Source: Chlorokybus atmophyticus (Eukaryota; Plantae; Mesostigma and Chlorokybus algae). Taken from it: 63,814 bases of DNA. A program made the position numbers and the translations under genes. Location of the stretch: contig RHPI01000797.1 of NCBI GenBank assembly GCA_009103225.1, positions 557,064-620,877 on the forward strand, in the 5' to 3' direction. This document shows positions 23,957 to 35,911 of this stretch, one piece after another. The stretch's first letter is position 1; each line of letters starts with the position of its first letter. The notes beneath the pieces are model-generated. The model had not been told where the DNA came from, searched no databases, and saw only the letters and a list, made by a program, of their open reading frames with translations.

Positions 23957-25329
23957 GGGTGCTACAAGCATCCTTAGCGCAGAGTGTGGTGTGTGCGTCA
24001 CATCTGGAGTGTATGTTCTGTACCATACTGCCTGGCTTCAGTGCAACCTTCGGTTGCACTGAAGCAGTGATCAATAGCCAAGGCAGCTCGTGTTCTCCTC
24101 CCTTCGCTCTGTAACCCTGTGATATAACCCCTGCTAGTTGTGTCATGGTCAGCTACTGACTGCACGCAGCCAGCTGCTGGCTGACTGCCGCAGCCCCTTG
24201 TGGTGACTCTGTTGGTTTGGGGATCTTGTAACTCGTACGAGTGGACCAGGTAGCAGAAAGGTTGAAGGTTTCATCGTAGGCCATTCTTGCTGCCGTTGTG
24301 ATGTTGACAAGCTCTTTGGTTAGTGATGGTGGTGTGAAAACAGCAATAAGGAGGCTTGCTCTATGACGTGACATGTGATGTATGAGACGAAGCTGAGCTG
24401 CGCGTGCTCATGTGATCGCCTCGCACAGTGCGAGAGCATTGAAGCAGCTACTGGTACACGTATAATGCGTTCCCATAAAGAGTACATTCGTACAAGCAGG
24501 GTTCTCATCAACGTATGGCCCCAGCTGTGTAATACGGCACTAGGGTAAAGTGCCGTAGGGTAGTGCCTTTACCCTACAGCAAGGCAACCACATGGTTGTT
24601 TGGCACCACAGGGGTTAAACTTCGCTATGATGGCTAGCACAGTCGCTACTTGCGGCTATGATCACTGAGCAAAATAATGTCAGTGTGCAATATCTAACCC
24701 GCTGGCCCCTGACCAGGTATAATTGCTGGGCACTCTCGTGCAGTAGTGGCGATGGTTGCACTGCTGCTGCTGCTTGCTGCTGGTGCTTGCACTGATGATA
24801 ATGTTGACGCCGTTGTCATCGTTGTCATTGTAATCATTGTGGTCATTGCTTCTGGTGCTCGCATATGTGTAAGAGCTGTGCTCTGCCATTGCTCTGCAGC
24901 CCTTGAAATTTAGGTAGACTATATCCTCAGTGACTACATCATGATGCCGGCTAGGTTGCGCTGCAGTAGATGCCAGCCATCTGTCCTTGCATGCTGACTG
25001 CAGGTGTGTAGGACACTTGGAGCAGGTGTGCATGCAGCACTGGCGTGGTGCTGGCTAATCTCATGTCAAAGCATGAGTCAAAGAAACTTGCTTGCAGCAA
25101 GGAACCAACACCTTTGGCTCTGGCTTACCACAACGTAGATTTAGCAACGCATCAGCCTGTGCCCATAGCCCCTGACATGACCTGTTCAGTGTCCAATTGT
25201 GTTAGCTGCGAGTGGTGCAAGCCATCAATCATCATGCCCGCAATTCGTGGATTGCATATGCTGCAAGCATGCAGCAATGGCTGTTGGTCTGGAGGGTGTT
25301 ATATACAACTGCAACAGCATGCACTAATC

Positions 25330-26590
25330 CTATTCAATCAAGTCCCACAGGTGATTGGTGACTTCAAACTCCGACATGACGCGTGGGTTTAAGTCAAAAC
25401 TCCGAATGTCTCCTTCATTGGGTTTGCTGGTATCTGCAGTGTTAACGCAGCAAGTCAGGCTTAACGAGTCATACGCAACAATGCCAAAGATTGCAGACAA
25501 ACGCCAAATCATACCACCTGGCCAAATGTACCACTTTGACCTATACTACAACTCACATCCGGTGACGCATTCGGTGCTGTCATAGCGCCATATTATTCTT
25601 GAGATGTGGACAAACAGGCTCAGCTCGTGCCTGGCGCAAACACAGCAATTGATACGTAACCTCTGCCTCTGATGCCACAGTACACTCCCTTTGCTTATCG
25701 CTTGAGTAGCAGCACAAGGTAGTGCCATACTTACTTGGTACGTGGCATCTCCTTTTCTGCAATGCTTTCGAGCCGCTTCCTTCTGTCCGCCAGCATGGCC
25801 TCTTGCTCTCGCAAAGCGGCCTCCTGTTGAATTCATCTCACAATCAAGCAAAACCTACAGGACAAGTGTATATTTGTCCCTAAGTTATAGACATTACCTG
25901 TTTTTGCAAAGCAGCCCTCTCTGCGTCTGCCTTGGCGATTGTTGCCTTGGAAGCCTCTGCATCAGCTTGCAATGCTGACAAGCGAGACTCGTGAGCTTCT
26001 TGAGTCTCGTATTGTGACAACGCCTCCGCTCTCTGTTCAACCCTGTTGGACAGCCCTGAAAGCCAAGCAGCTTTGCTGTCAAGCAAGTTACTTGGGATCA
26101 GATCCCTACAGACTCACGATTCACCACATCTGGGCTGCTGGTAGATGAATTGCGCTGCGACAACCACGACACACACGTTGGATACTCTTGCAAAACTGCA
26201 TCGCTGCATCGCTATGTGCAAGTGTCCTACAGTCCAGTCCATGTTTGACAAGAGCTTGGCTTACTCAACACGCACACATCAGCCACAAGCACACACATGA
26301 CCATACCGTCCTTCAGGCACATATGTCAATAACCCAATCAGCAAACACTACAAACACGTACTTGAACTCTCAGCTTGCATTGGCTTGTGCCATCCAAGCA
26401 AACCCTTACTGTTACCTCGGATGGTGTCTTGCAGGGACTCCTGCCGCCGACCGCACTCAGCCAGCAGCTCGGCGTACAGGCGTCGGGCCTCGACGACAAC
26501 GGCAAACTCCTCAGCGCCGTCATCAAACAGCCCCATCACGTCCGACATGAGCGCCCCGGTCTCCGCCATCGCCCCCGCCGCCGGCGCCAT
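25330..26590 (-). CDS. SPC24: Kinetochore protein Spc24 (NDC80 complex), 5 exons
   Basis: Spliced reading: N-terminal coiled coil, then ...HELSLFVHISRIIWRYDSTECVTG...DIRSFDLNPRVMSEFEVTNHLWDLIE*, matching the Spc24 RWD C-terminus (F..tN.LW.li). Confidence 0.82.
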
Positions 26591-27704
26591 CGCTGCTGCT
26601 GCTGCCGCCGCCACCCAAACAGAAAAGGCGGGAAACCCTGATTCGTATTTGAACCGAACCCAACGCAACGGCTTCAGCCGCACAAGAAAGTGCGGCTTGT
26701 GCCCAACGCACAAGCCGCACTTAGCTCCCTCGCATCCGCCGTCAGTCGCAGCTGGCGCTGACGTGTGCGAGAGACGAACAGTCCTACGTCTTTCCTAAAA
26801 CAGTCCAACAGTCATGAAGCCTCTTGTCGGCCTATTCAACGACGTGCTATGCGGGCGCGGGGTCCTAAAGTGATTGCAGTGCATGAGTGCAGCTTCATCA
26901 AGCACTGTACAATTAGCATCACTTTGCACCCAAAGTCCACGCATGCGCCTCAGCCGATGAGCACAAATATCCCCAGACCTAACTAACAACCTGAGCATAA
27001 CGTAGCAGTGTAGGCCTACCTGATGAGGTAACCTACTACTACTGCTTTGCATAACGTTATGTGTTTTGTGCTGATCTTAGCGTAGTGCTCATGTGAGCTC
27101 ATCCGTGTCGTCAGCAGTGTCCTCAGCTGTCCTGCGGGAGGATGTGACGGCGGCGGCCGCTGAGGTGCAGAGGGACGTGACGGTCGTGGTGGATGAGACC
27201 AGGAGGCTGACTGACACGTGGCACAGGCGAAGAATGCCAGTTGTTGCTGTATATAGAGAGGCATTGCGAGCACAGTGTCAACCAGTGGGAATGCAGTGAG
27301 CAGCAGTTGGTTGGTGAGCTTCAAAGCTGTAACAATGGTGATGGCAGCGACAGCAGCTGTTTCGCTAAATTGCTGCTTGAGGGAAGCAGAAGCAGCTGGA
27401 CAAAACAATGCGGGAGCGCGTCAACGAAAGAAGGCAGTGCTGGTAAGTGCGCTCCGAGTTGCATGCAGATACGTACAGTCCACGTATGATGCAACATCAA
27501 ACAGCTACGTAAGTGTATGACTGCTTTCAGAATTGTTCATCTACAGTTGTACAGCTTTCAAGGTGCCAGCCTCCAGTTGCATGCAAAAAGCTGAACTGTG
27601 TAAATGAAGTGGTCAAAACGCTGCCAATGCAAGCGACTACTGCTGCCGCTTGCAAGCAATGTACCTGCCTAACCAACGTACGCCTTTTCTAATATCAACG
27701 CTAG

Positions 27705-29225
27705 GTGCAAGCGCAGCGACTGCTCGAGCGCCGGCTGCCAGTCGGGAAAGGTCGGCAGTCAGCGGCAAGAAGCTTAGCAGCTTACCGGCCCGGACCCTGG
27801 CTGAAGTTGGGATGGAGGCAGAAGGCGAAGGGGATGCCAGCAACAACCATGCAGCTGACAGCTGTCGTGCCTTCGGCTGGAGCGGTGGACGACCCGGAGA
27901 TGGATGCTGTAACGCGCCTTGTGTCGATGGTGCTGGGCCCTGCTTGCATACTGCCACCCGACATTAAGACACTGCCTCCCGACACTACCTTCACACACGG
28001 CATTTGCATATACCGCAGTCTTGAGACATCCCGTGCAGAAGTCATTCGCGACATCAAGGTGCCTGGGTGCGCGCGTGTGCTCCTTGAAGTTGTGTTAAGG
28101 TCTGACAACTGCGTGAAACAGGGCCTCCGGGCATTGGTGGCATTGGACATGCCGTCAAAGCGTCAACCCTTGAAGCCAGGCGAAGAGGAGGACGACTCAT
28201 ATGAAGGTTGGGAGCAAATCATTGTGCCACACAGGCGGCAAGGCCTGAAACCGCTGCACGTACCGTTCTTGAGGCGCTTCCCCTCGCTTGCAGACAACCT
28301 TTGTGCATACGACTTGCAGGTACACTGCAATTCATCAACTAACAGAACATTCTGATTCAACTGGCACTTGTTTGCATCCTGCAGGGTCTTGTGGCGTTGC
28401 TGCAGCTGTTGCACAGGAGGGTGAGGGCTGAAGAGCGCCCAGCACCACCTGCACTGGTGCAGGCACGCATTGAGAAGATTTTACAGTCCCATAGCACGTG
28501 TGCTTTGGGCATCGCATCTGCAGGTGGGCTGACATCGTTTGGTTCCAGCACAGTTGACACTATGACGATTGCTTGCTTTCGCATGTTATACAGTACTTCA
28601 ACACTGCCACATTGACAATTATTCAGAAGATCACAGCCTTTGGTCTCAGCATCGGAGTCTGTATGCTACTGAGTGGTAGACTCTTTGCAGGCAAGCCAAG
28701 GGCACTCCCAGTGGAGTACCTCTGGCTCCAGGGGCAGTGCTTCTTCATATCATGGGGTGGTAATAAAATGGCAGAGCTATTGCTGAATAATGAAGCGGGC
28801 GCCACTGTGTTTGAGAACACTGCTGTAAGTTGTCCACTTTTTGCACTACGTACACATGCTGAAGGGCGTGCACTTGCAAAGTATGTGTGCTCGTTTCCCG
28901 TGTGCAGGATGCCAGCAAGCCATACGCAGGTGTTCAGATCCGCGGGCACGCTGAGTTGATCGACCCCGCAGACCCGTTGCACAAGGAGGTGCTTGCGCGC
29001 AAGAAGCCGCTGCGCAAGAGTTTGTGCGATCTGCCAACGGAGCTGCACGTCTTTGCCATCCAGCCACTCGCAATTGATCTCCTCGACGCCAGCTTTGCTA
29101 CCAATGGGTACGACATGAGGCAGTCGTTGGATCCCGTCTTTGTCCGTGGCAGGCCCTCCACCCCCGACTCGGAGAATGTGGGCATCGTGCTGGAAGCTGC
29201 CCCATTGCAACAACTGAGGGCGTAA
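27705..29225 (+). CDS. Flavodoxin-like plus pyridoxamine 5'-phosphate oxidase-like (FMN-binding split barrel) fusion; true 5' end uncertain, possible upstream exons near 27081-27444
   Basis: Exons to 28319, 28385-~28523, ~28691-28824 and ~28909-29225 splice in frame: ...IEKILQSHSTCALGIASAGKPRALPVEYLWLQGQCFFISWGGNKM...YAGVQIRGHAELID...NGYDMRQSL. The upstream part has VTRLVSMVLGPACIL. Confidence 0.72.
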
Positions 29226-30107
29226 CACAAACAGAGCCGAATGCAGGCTTGTGCACCCAAAAAGTAATAGTGTTAGTATCTCTGTGATGAATACACGTCT
29301 CAGTTCCCTTGTACAAAGGCCCTGCACCATGTACTGTTAACATCCAGGTGATAGCGCTTCTCACGTTGTTGTGCTCCTAGTAACGATCTATAGCTGCCGC
29401 TTCTGCATGAACCTCTATGCGAGCATGTGCGCATGTCTGATGTGTGTATGCACTTGCGTGCATGTGTGTGTGTGCGCGCGCGTGTGTGCGAATTTGTCCA
29501 CGCAAAAACGTACAACTTCACTCGATTGCGCACACACCAGCATATACACATGAAGAGGCAGATGCGCATCTGTGTTTGCATCTGTAGGGCATAACCACAC
29601 TACGTCAGTTCTTTGCGCACGCTTGCATGCTCATAGCTGATCAACTCAGCACCCACTCAACCACTTCCAGCACCGCTCACTGCAGTCATGCTGTTGGGTG
29701 AGTATCGTATTACACTTCCAGCGCGACACCAGGCGGGGCGGAATGGTGTCAAGACCCGCCGGGCTTTGGCGGAGGCGCTGAGGTCACTCTGACTATCACA
29801 TTCACAAGGAAGTGTTTGGCTATCAGCGCTGAGCCAAGCATGGTGGCAGCGAGCGCTGCCACCATGCTTGAGTAACACACAATCGTGCTCTACACACATG
29901 CACGGTGCGAGTGCTGCATCTGCCTCCGTAGTCGGGGGGTCTTGTGCCACTCCAAGACCGCCTGGCCGCCGCACGCTGCAGCGCGCATGCGGCTGAGGTT
30001 GACACCCGCTGGGCAAAGTGTCAAGGGAGGGGAAGAACGAGTAATTGGTGTATGTGGCCAAACTTGTGGTGGGACATTGCCACGTAGAGAGAGAGGGCGA
30101 GGGGGGG

Positions 30108-30548
30108 NNNNNNNNNNNNNNNNNNNNNNNNNNNNNNNNNNNNNNNNNNNNNNNNNNNNNNNNNNNNNNNNNNNNNNNNNNNNNNNNNNNNNNNNNNNNN
30201 NNNNNNNNNNNNNNNNNNNNNNNNNNNNNNNNNNNNNNNNNNNNNNNNNNNNNNNNNNNNNNNNNNNNNNNNNNNNNNNNNNNNNNNNNNNNNNNNNNNN
30301 NNNNNNNNNNNNNNNNNNNNNNNNNNNNNNNNNNNNNNNNNNNNNNNNNNNNNNNNNNNNNNNNNNNNNNNNNNNNNNNNNNNNNNNNNNNNNNNNNNNN
30401 NNNNNNNNNNNNNNNNNNNNNNNNNNNNNNNNNNNNNNNNNNNNNNNNNNNNNNNNNNNNNNNNNNNNNNNNNNNNNNNNNNNNNNNNNNNNNNNNNNNN
30501 NNNNNNNNNNNNNNNNNNNNNNNNNNNNNNNNNNNNNNNNNNNNNNNN
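30108..30548. other. Assembly gap (441 N) flanked by GA/GGGA purine repeats
   Basis: Run of N; GAG/GGGA repeats at ~30085-30107 and 30549-30657. Confidence 1.
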
Positions 30549-31745
30549 GAGGGAGGGAGAGAGGGAGGGAGAGGGAGAGGGAGAGGGAGAGGGAGGGAGA
30601 GAGGGAGGGAGAGGGAGAGGGAGAGGGAGAGGGAGAGGGAGAGGGAGAGAGAGAGAGATCTTCTTTGACTCAAATGATGGTCCGCGCTCACACAGACTGG
30701 TTGAACCCTATGTCGGCCATGACGGGGCAGTGAAATGCTAAACTTAAAATTATAATTTTAAAAAGGCAAGGGAAGTTTTACAAGCGTAAAAACCAATCAG
30801 TAAAGTGATAACAATCATGATTGACACTGCGTCACATATACTGCACGTATGCTAACATGTTATAACATATGCGCACTTGCAAACTTGTTATGTTCATGAC
30901 AGTCTGCACATCGACTGACATTGGCTTAAAGCGCAAAGCTGAGCCTCGCATTGTAATGGGGTACCGGAACAAAGCTTTGTAACATAAAGAGCAAAAGCGA
31001 TTCTCGTTAAAAGAAGATATCATATACCGTAATGCTATATACATTACAACCCGCACTCCACTATAAGAGTTACTCTTAACTTCAACCTTTTCATTATGAC
31101 AACAAAGCCAATGAATTGCATTGATGTTTGTGTTGCTAAGGCCCTGAAGACGTGATTGAACACACAACCCCAGACAATTCCAAATTATTCCAAATTATTT
31201 TTTTATCGTAATGTATGTAGCAGTACGGTATAACACATGTGCTTGTGTATGTGTGTAACATGACTCGTGTTACATGACTCATGTGTGACATGCAGCATGT
31301 CATGTGTAAGGGTCACTCCGACCGCCGCAACAAGCGAGCCACCCAAGCCGTCGATCATGGGCGTGCGAGCTCGCGCGCCCCTTTTGGAAGCTTTGCTCGA
31401 TCGGATCGTCAAGTCAATCACCTCAACGTCCGGTCATCTGGTCCGATCAGGCCGGCAGTGTCTCGGTGAAGTTGGCATGAGGGCAACGCGGCACCGGACC
31501 GCGGTTGTTCCGAAACCGATATTGCCCGGCCAGAGCACACGCCCCCGGCTCACGTCACGTGACACGCCCAGGTTTTGTTTCCTCCTCTGCGCTGCGATGA
31601 GACACACGATTATCCGCCTCCAAAGACAAGGTTTTCCTCTGCGGGCTTCTTAGAGCTCTGCTTGTCGTGTCATATCATAGGCGGCAAGCGTCTTGTTTGA
31701 TTTGGTTGAGTTGTTTGAGTGCAGTCTGTGCGCAGCTGTTGTTCA

Positions 31746-31747
<2 letters not shown>

Positions 31748-31797
<50 letters not shown>
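31748..31797. repeat. (GA)n microsatellite, ~25 units
   Basis: Direct reading of the sequence; ~70 bp upstream of the cNMP-domain gene start. Confidence 0.97.
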
Positions 31798-31800
<3 letters not shown>

Positions 31801-31867
31801 GCTATGATGGAAGGGCAATGTCGCTCACTTCTCCTTAGTAGCAACATCGACACCCCAACCCACAAGG

Positions 31868-34800
31868 ATGAGCTTCAGATGCCAGCGCTGCCAACAAGAA
31901 CAACTACAACAAAAACAAAACCCACAACAACAGCAGGCTGCAGCTGTCAATGGCAGTATTAGTATTAGTGATATTAAACCTATTACCAGTATAACTAGCC
32001 AAGCGGTTGCAGCACCTGCGTCGGCTTCACAGCCTATATTGACAGAGCCTGCCAGTCATGTGGTCCATGATGATGATGAGGAGGAGGACGGGGATGGCGG
32101 GATGGACGAGCATGATGATGAAGAGGCGTGGAGGCAACAGGGCGCCCTGGCTTGGGCGTTTGCAAAGGTGACATGACAGTAGTGGTGTACACAATAACAC
32201 TATGCACGCAGATGCCCGCAACACACAGGTGCACGCATGCTTGCAGACACGTGTGCACGCGTGTGCGTGTGTGCGCGCAATTATGTGGTCTTGCACACGT
32301 GTGTATGCGTGCTTGTGTATGTATGTGTGCGCGTGTGTGCGTATATGTCGAGTTTGCACGCATACGCGGGCACACACATGCACAAAATCTGGCCCTGATG
32401 CGTGTGTGCCAAACACACTCGTGCTCATAGGCGGTGAGGACGGCTCGGCGTGCATTTGACCGCTCGGCAGTCAAGCACAACGTCTCTCTGGATGTACGAA
32501 CATGTTGGATTATTGCTATGTCGAGTCTCCAACTGCTGAGCAGTGGCAAATTACTAAACTACTATTTCAGGTTGCGAGTGAGCCATTGAATAGGGAGCCC
32601 ATCGCAGATAGCGCAGCCATCCTTCCAACACTTTACAAGATGTGAGACATGGCGAAAGTCATTGCAAATGAAACCCAGCAACAACTGTATAGGTGGTGTT
32701 GTTGGTACTATTGATGAGGTTGGCATATTACTGTTGCAGGCCAGAGGAGAGGACAGAGGCCGAGCTCCTCCGTTTGGCACGCATTATATCAGTAAGTGCC
32801 ATGATGGTCACGTTCATTACTGTTATTATGATAAAGAAGTTGCTGTGATTCACAAGCTCACGCATGTGCACGTGCACATGCACACTTGCATGTAGGTTAC
32901 TGAAGTCTTCAACATGTGTGTGTGCTGCAGAGGGTCCCTTTTGCTGAGCATCTTGACCCATGCATGCGCGCGGAGCTGTGCCGTATGGTGCGCTTTGGCT
33001 GCTACGACCAGGGCGATACAGGCATGTGTGTGCGTGGGTTTAAAGTTGAACTGCAATGTGCACGTGCGTGCGTGCGCGCGTGCATATATGTGTGCGTCTG
33101 GACATGTGTGGAGAGCATAGTAAGAGTGGGCCACGAGAAAATGAAAACTTGCTATTGTGTCTGTCATACTTGCAGTGTGCAAGCAGGGCGAGACGGAGTC
33201 GCTATTCTACATAACCCTCAGCGGCAGGTGCACACCGTACAAGAACACACAACATTTGGTTCACAATGGCATCTATCTGTACACCCGCACACGTGCCCGC
33301 ACACACACGGCTGTTGCAGTTGCGAGATCAGTGTCCGAGTCGGCAGCGGAGCATCAGCATCGGCGCTCAGGCGGTTGGTTGTGGGCCCTGGGGAGGCTTT
33401 CGGCGAGAGGGCGCTACTAACTTCTAAACCAAGGTGTTCATGCCCCCTCCCCCCCCCCCCTATCCTCCTGCACCCGTGCCCGCCCGCCCGCACCACGCAC
33501 CACACACACAGACAGAGACAATGCGACCCATGCTTGCAGGCGTGCTTGCGTGTAACACGCACGCATGCCAATCCGTATGTGGGCATGGGCGTGGGCATGG
33601 GCGTGGGCGCGCACGCATGTGTCTACTGGTGATCTTGAATGTGTGTCCCTCACCCATGCAGGAGAGCGACGGTGTTGGCGCTCGAGCACTGCGAGTTCCT
33701 CACAGTTGAGCGCGGGGACTTTGTCACAACAGTACAGGTGCGTGTACTCACACGCTGTCTCCAATCTGTTAGCTGCTTGGCAAGCACACCAATACCTCTG
33801 CGAAGTAGTTTAATCACACCTCGCGACATATTTGCTGCAGAGGCTGCACGCTGAGGACATGGACACGAAGATAGAACTCCTGCAGGTGAGAGAGGGGAGC
33901 GGATGTGATGAGACTCATGTTGTGTTGCCGTGAGCAGAATCAATAAACTGTTGAGCCTTTGCCAGTGCGTGCCGGCGTTTGCTGAGTGGGACTACGCCAA
34001 ACTCCTTCGCCTGTGCTCCGCCATGACTCCCGCCCACTTCAACCGCAACAAAGGCACTTGATGACAACACCCCCCCCCCCCCCCCCCNCACCACCACCCG
34101 GAAACAACAACAGCAATAACGACAACAACAACAACATGACCACTTCTGTTATGTTCCTGTGCAGTTGTGATCAGGCAGGGCGATGAGCCAGATGCAGTGT
34201 ACCTCATTAAGACGGGCGCGTGCCGTGTTGTGCGCACGCTCGGTGTCAGAGGTGGAAGAAGAGCAACAAGGGGAGGAGATGGAGATGGAGAAGGATGGAG
34301 AGGGGGAGAAGGAGAAGGAGGCGGGGGAGAAGGAGTAAAAGTTGAAGGAGGGCGAGGAGGGCAAGGAGGGCGAGGAGAGGGCGGAGATGAAGGAAGGAGA
34401 GCAAGGAGAAGAGCAACACGGCCGGATGCACCTGTGTCCCGGCCAGACACGCCGCCTGACACACCGGAGGAACAGTATCGGCTTCAGCAGCAGCGCATAG
34501 ACCGGCGAAACCGCAGGCAAGTGAAGTTGGTGGGTTAGTATGTGATTGACAGATAAAGAACACGCGAAACGTGCTGAAGATTGACTAGGTATGCGTGTGC
34601 GTGTGCACGTGTGTACATGCAGGCACACGATCTCAGGTCCCTGCCCCACAGCACCAATGCCAGAAGAAGACCAGCTCCCAAACCTTGATCCATCCTCAGC
34701 CCAAGTCCCGATTGCATCCATTGCATCACGCCCTTCCTCTTCTCTTCCTCCAGATGGTCCCGTCACCCCTAAGAGGCCCAGCACTGTCCCGCACCTCTCG

Positions 34801-35859
34801 TCTTCGCAGCTGCGCACAAAGATTGGGGGGAGCTCGTTCACTCCCAACAGCACCAATGCTGATAGGCAACAACAGCAGTTGGCGCCGTTTCATACAGGCC
34901 TTGCGCGCTACGGAGCCTTTCGCAAGCCTGGTAAGAGAGGAGTATGCCAAGTGTTGTTGACGTGAGGACTTGTGGAGGTGTCGTACGCTGCAAGTTGCTG
35001 TTGTTTCGCAGGAGAGGATAGCAGGGCTCCCACACCAGATAGCAGCAGATCTCTGCAGCGATCTGCTGCAGCAAACTCCAAGGGAAGGAAACAGGCAAGT
35101 CAGGTTTCGCCGGTTGGTTGCTCTCTTGCAAACTGCTGCTCTGTTTGGTCAAACCCTGCGTGTACCTTGAGCTTACGCTGTGCCACAGCAGGGCGTGAGC
35201 ATGGAGGTGGCGGTGCTGGGTCCTGGCGACATGTTTGGCGATGTGGCGGTGCTGCGGAAGGGGGTGCTGCGTACAGCATCCGTCGTAACTGCCACGCCTT
35301 GCGCGCTGTACGCTCTCGACAAGGCAAGGGAGATGAGATGAGATGAGAGCGATGATGAGAATATCTGTTGTTTGACGTTGCCCGATTGATGTTTGCGAGG
35401 TGGAGTTGAAACAACACACTGCAGGTGGATTTCTGGAATTGCCTGCCAAAGGCGGACATGGCAGAGCTGCAGAGCCACCTGACGCAGCACCGAAGCGAAG
35501 CTGAGATCATGGAGGCGTACCGTGCATCGCTGAAGTGGGAACAATACAAGGTGAGCGGCACGTCGTCATCCGTATGGGCGCTTACCCAGCACACTTGCGC
35601 GTGACAACTGAGCAGCAAGACCCTTGCAACAATATGTACATGGTTAATGTGCTTACATCCTGCGCATGGGATCGCAGAAAAGCATGGTTTTGGCAACAAT
35701 TGGTAACAAGGCGCGGATGCGGGGCTGATTGCGCAGGTTGCTGAGAACCCGGCAACACGCTTCACAGACAAGCGCAAGCACCATTGGCCAAGGTTGCCAT
35801 GCTGTGACGTGCACAGATTGCCACAGCACGGAAGAGTGCATTGCACTGAAATGCAGTAG
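31868..35859 (+). CDS. Tandem cyclic-nucleotide-binding domain protein (CNBD2-like architecture), multi-exon
   Basis: CNB1: YDQGDTVCKQGETESLFYITLSG...GPGEAFGERALLTSKPRRATVLALEHCEFLTV. CNB2: VVIRQGDEPDAVYLIKTGACRV...LGPGDMFGDVAVLRKGVLRTASVVTATPCALYALDK. Start and some middle exons are uncertain. Confidence 0.85.
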
Positions 35860-35911
35860 TGTTGCTTGCCGTCACAGCGCTAATTACTTAACCGGTCTAG
35901 TCAATTGCACG

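Noticed and set aside
29657-30733. Long ORFs spanning the N run
   Set aside because: Artefacts of the assembly gap and flanking GA repeats.
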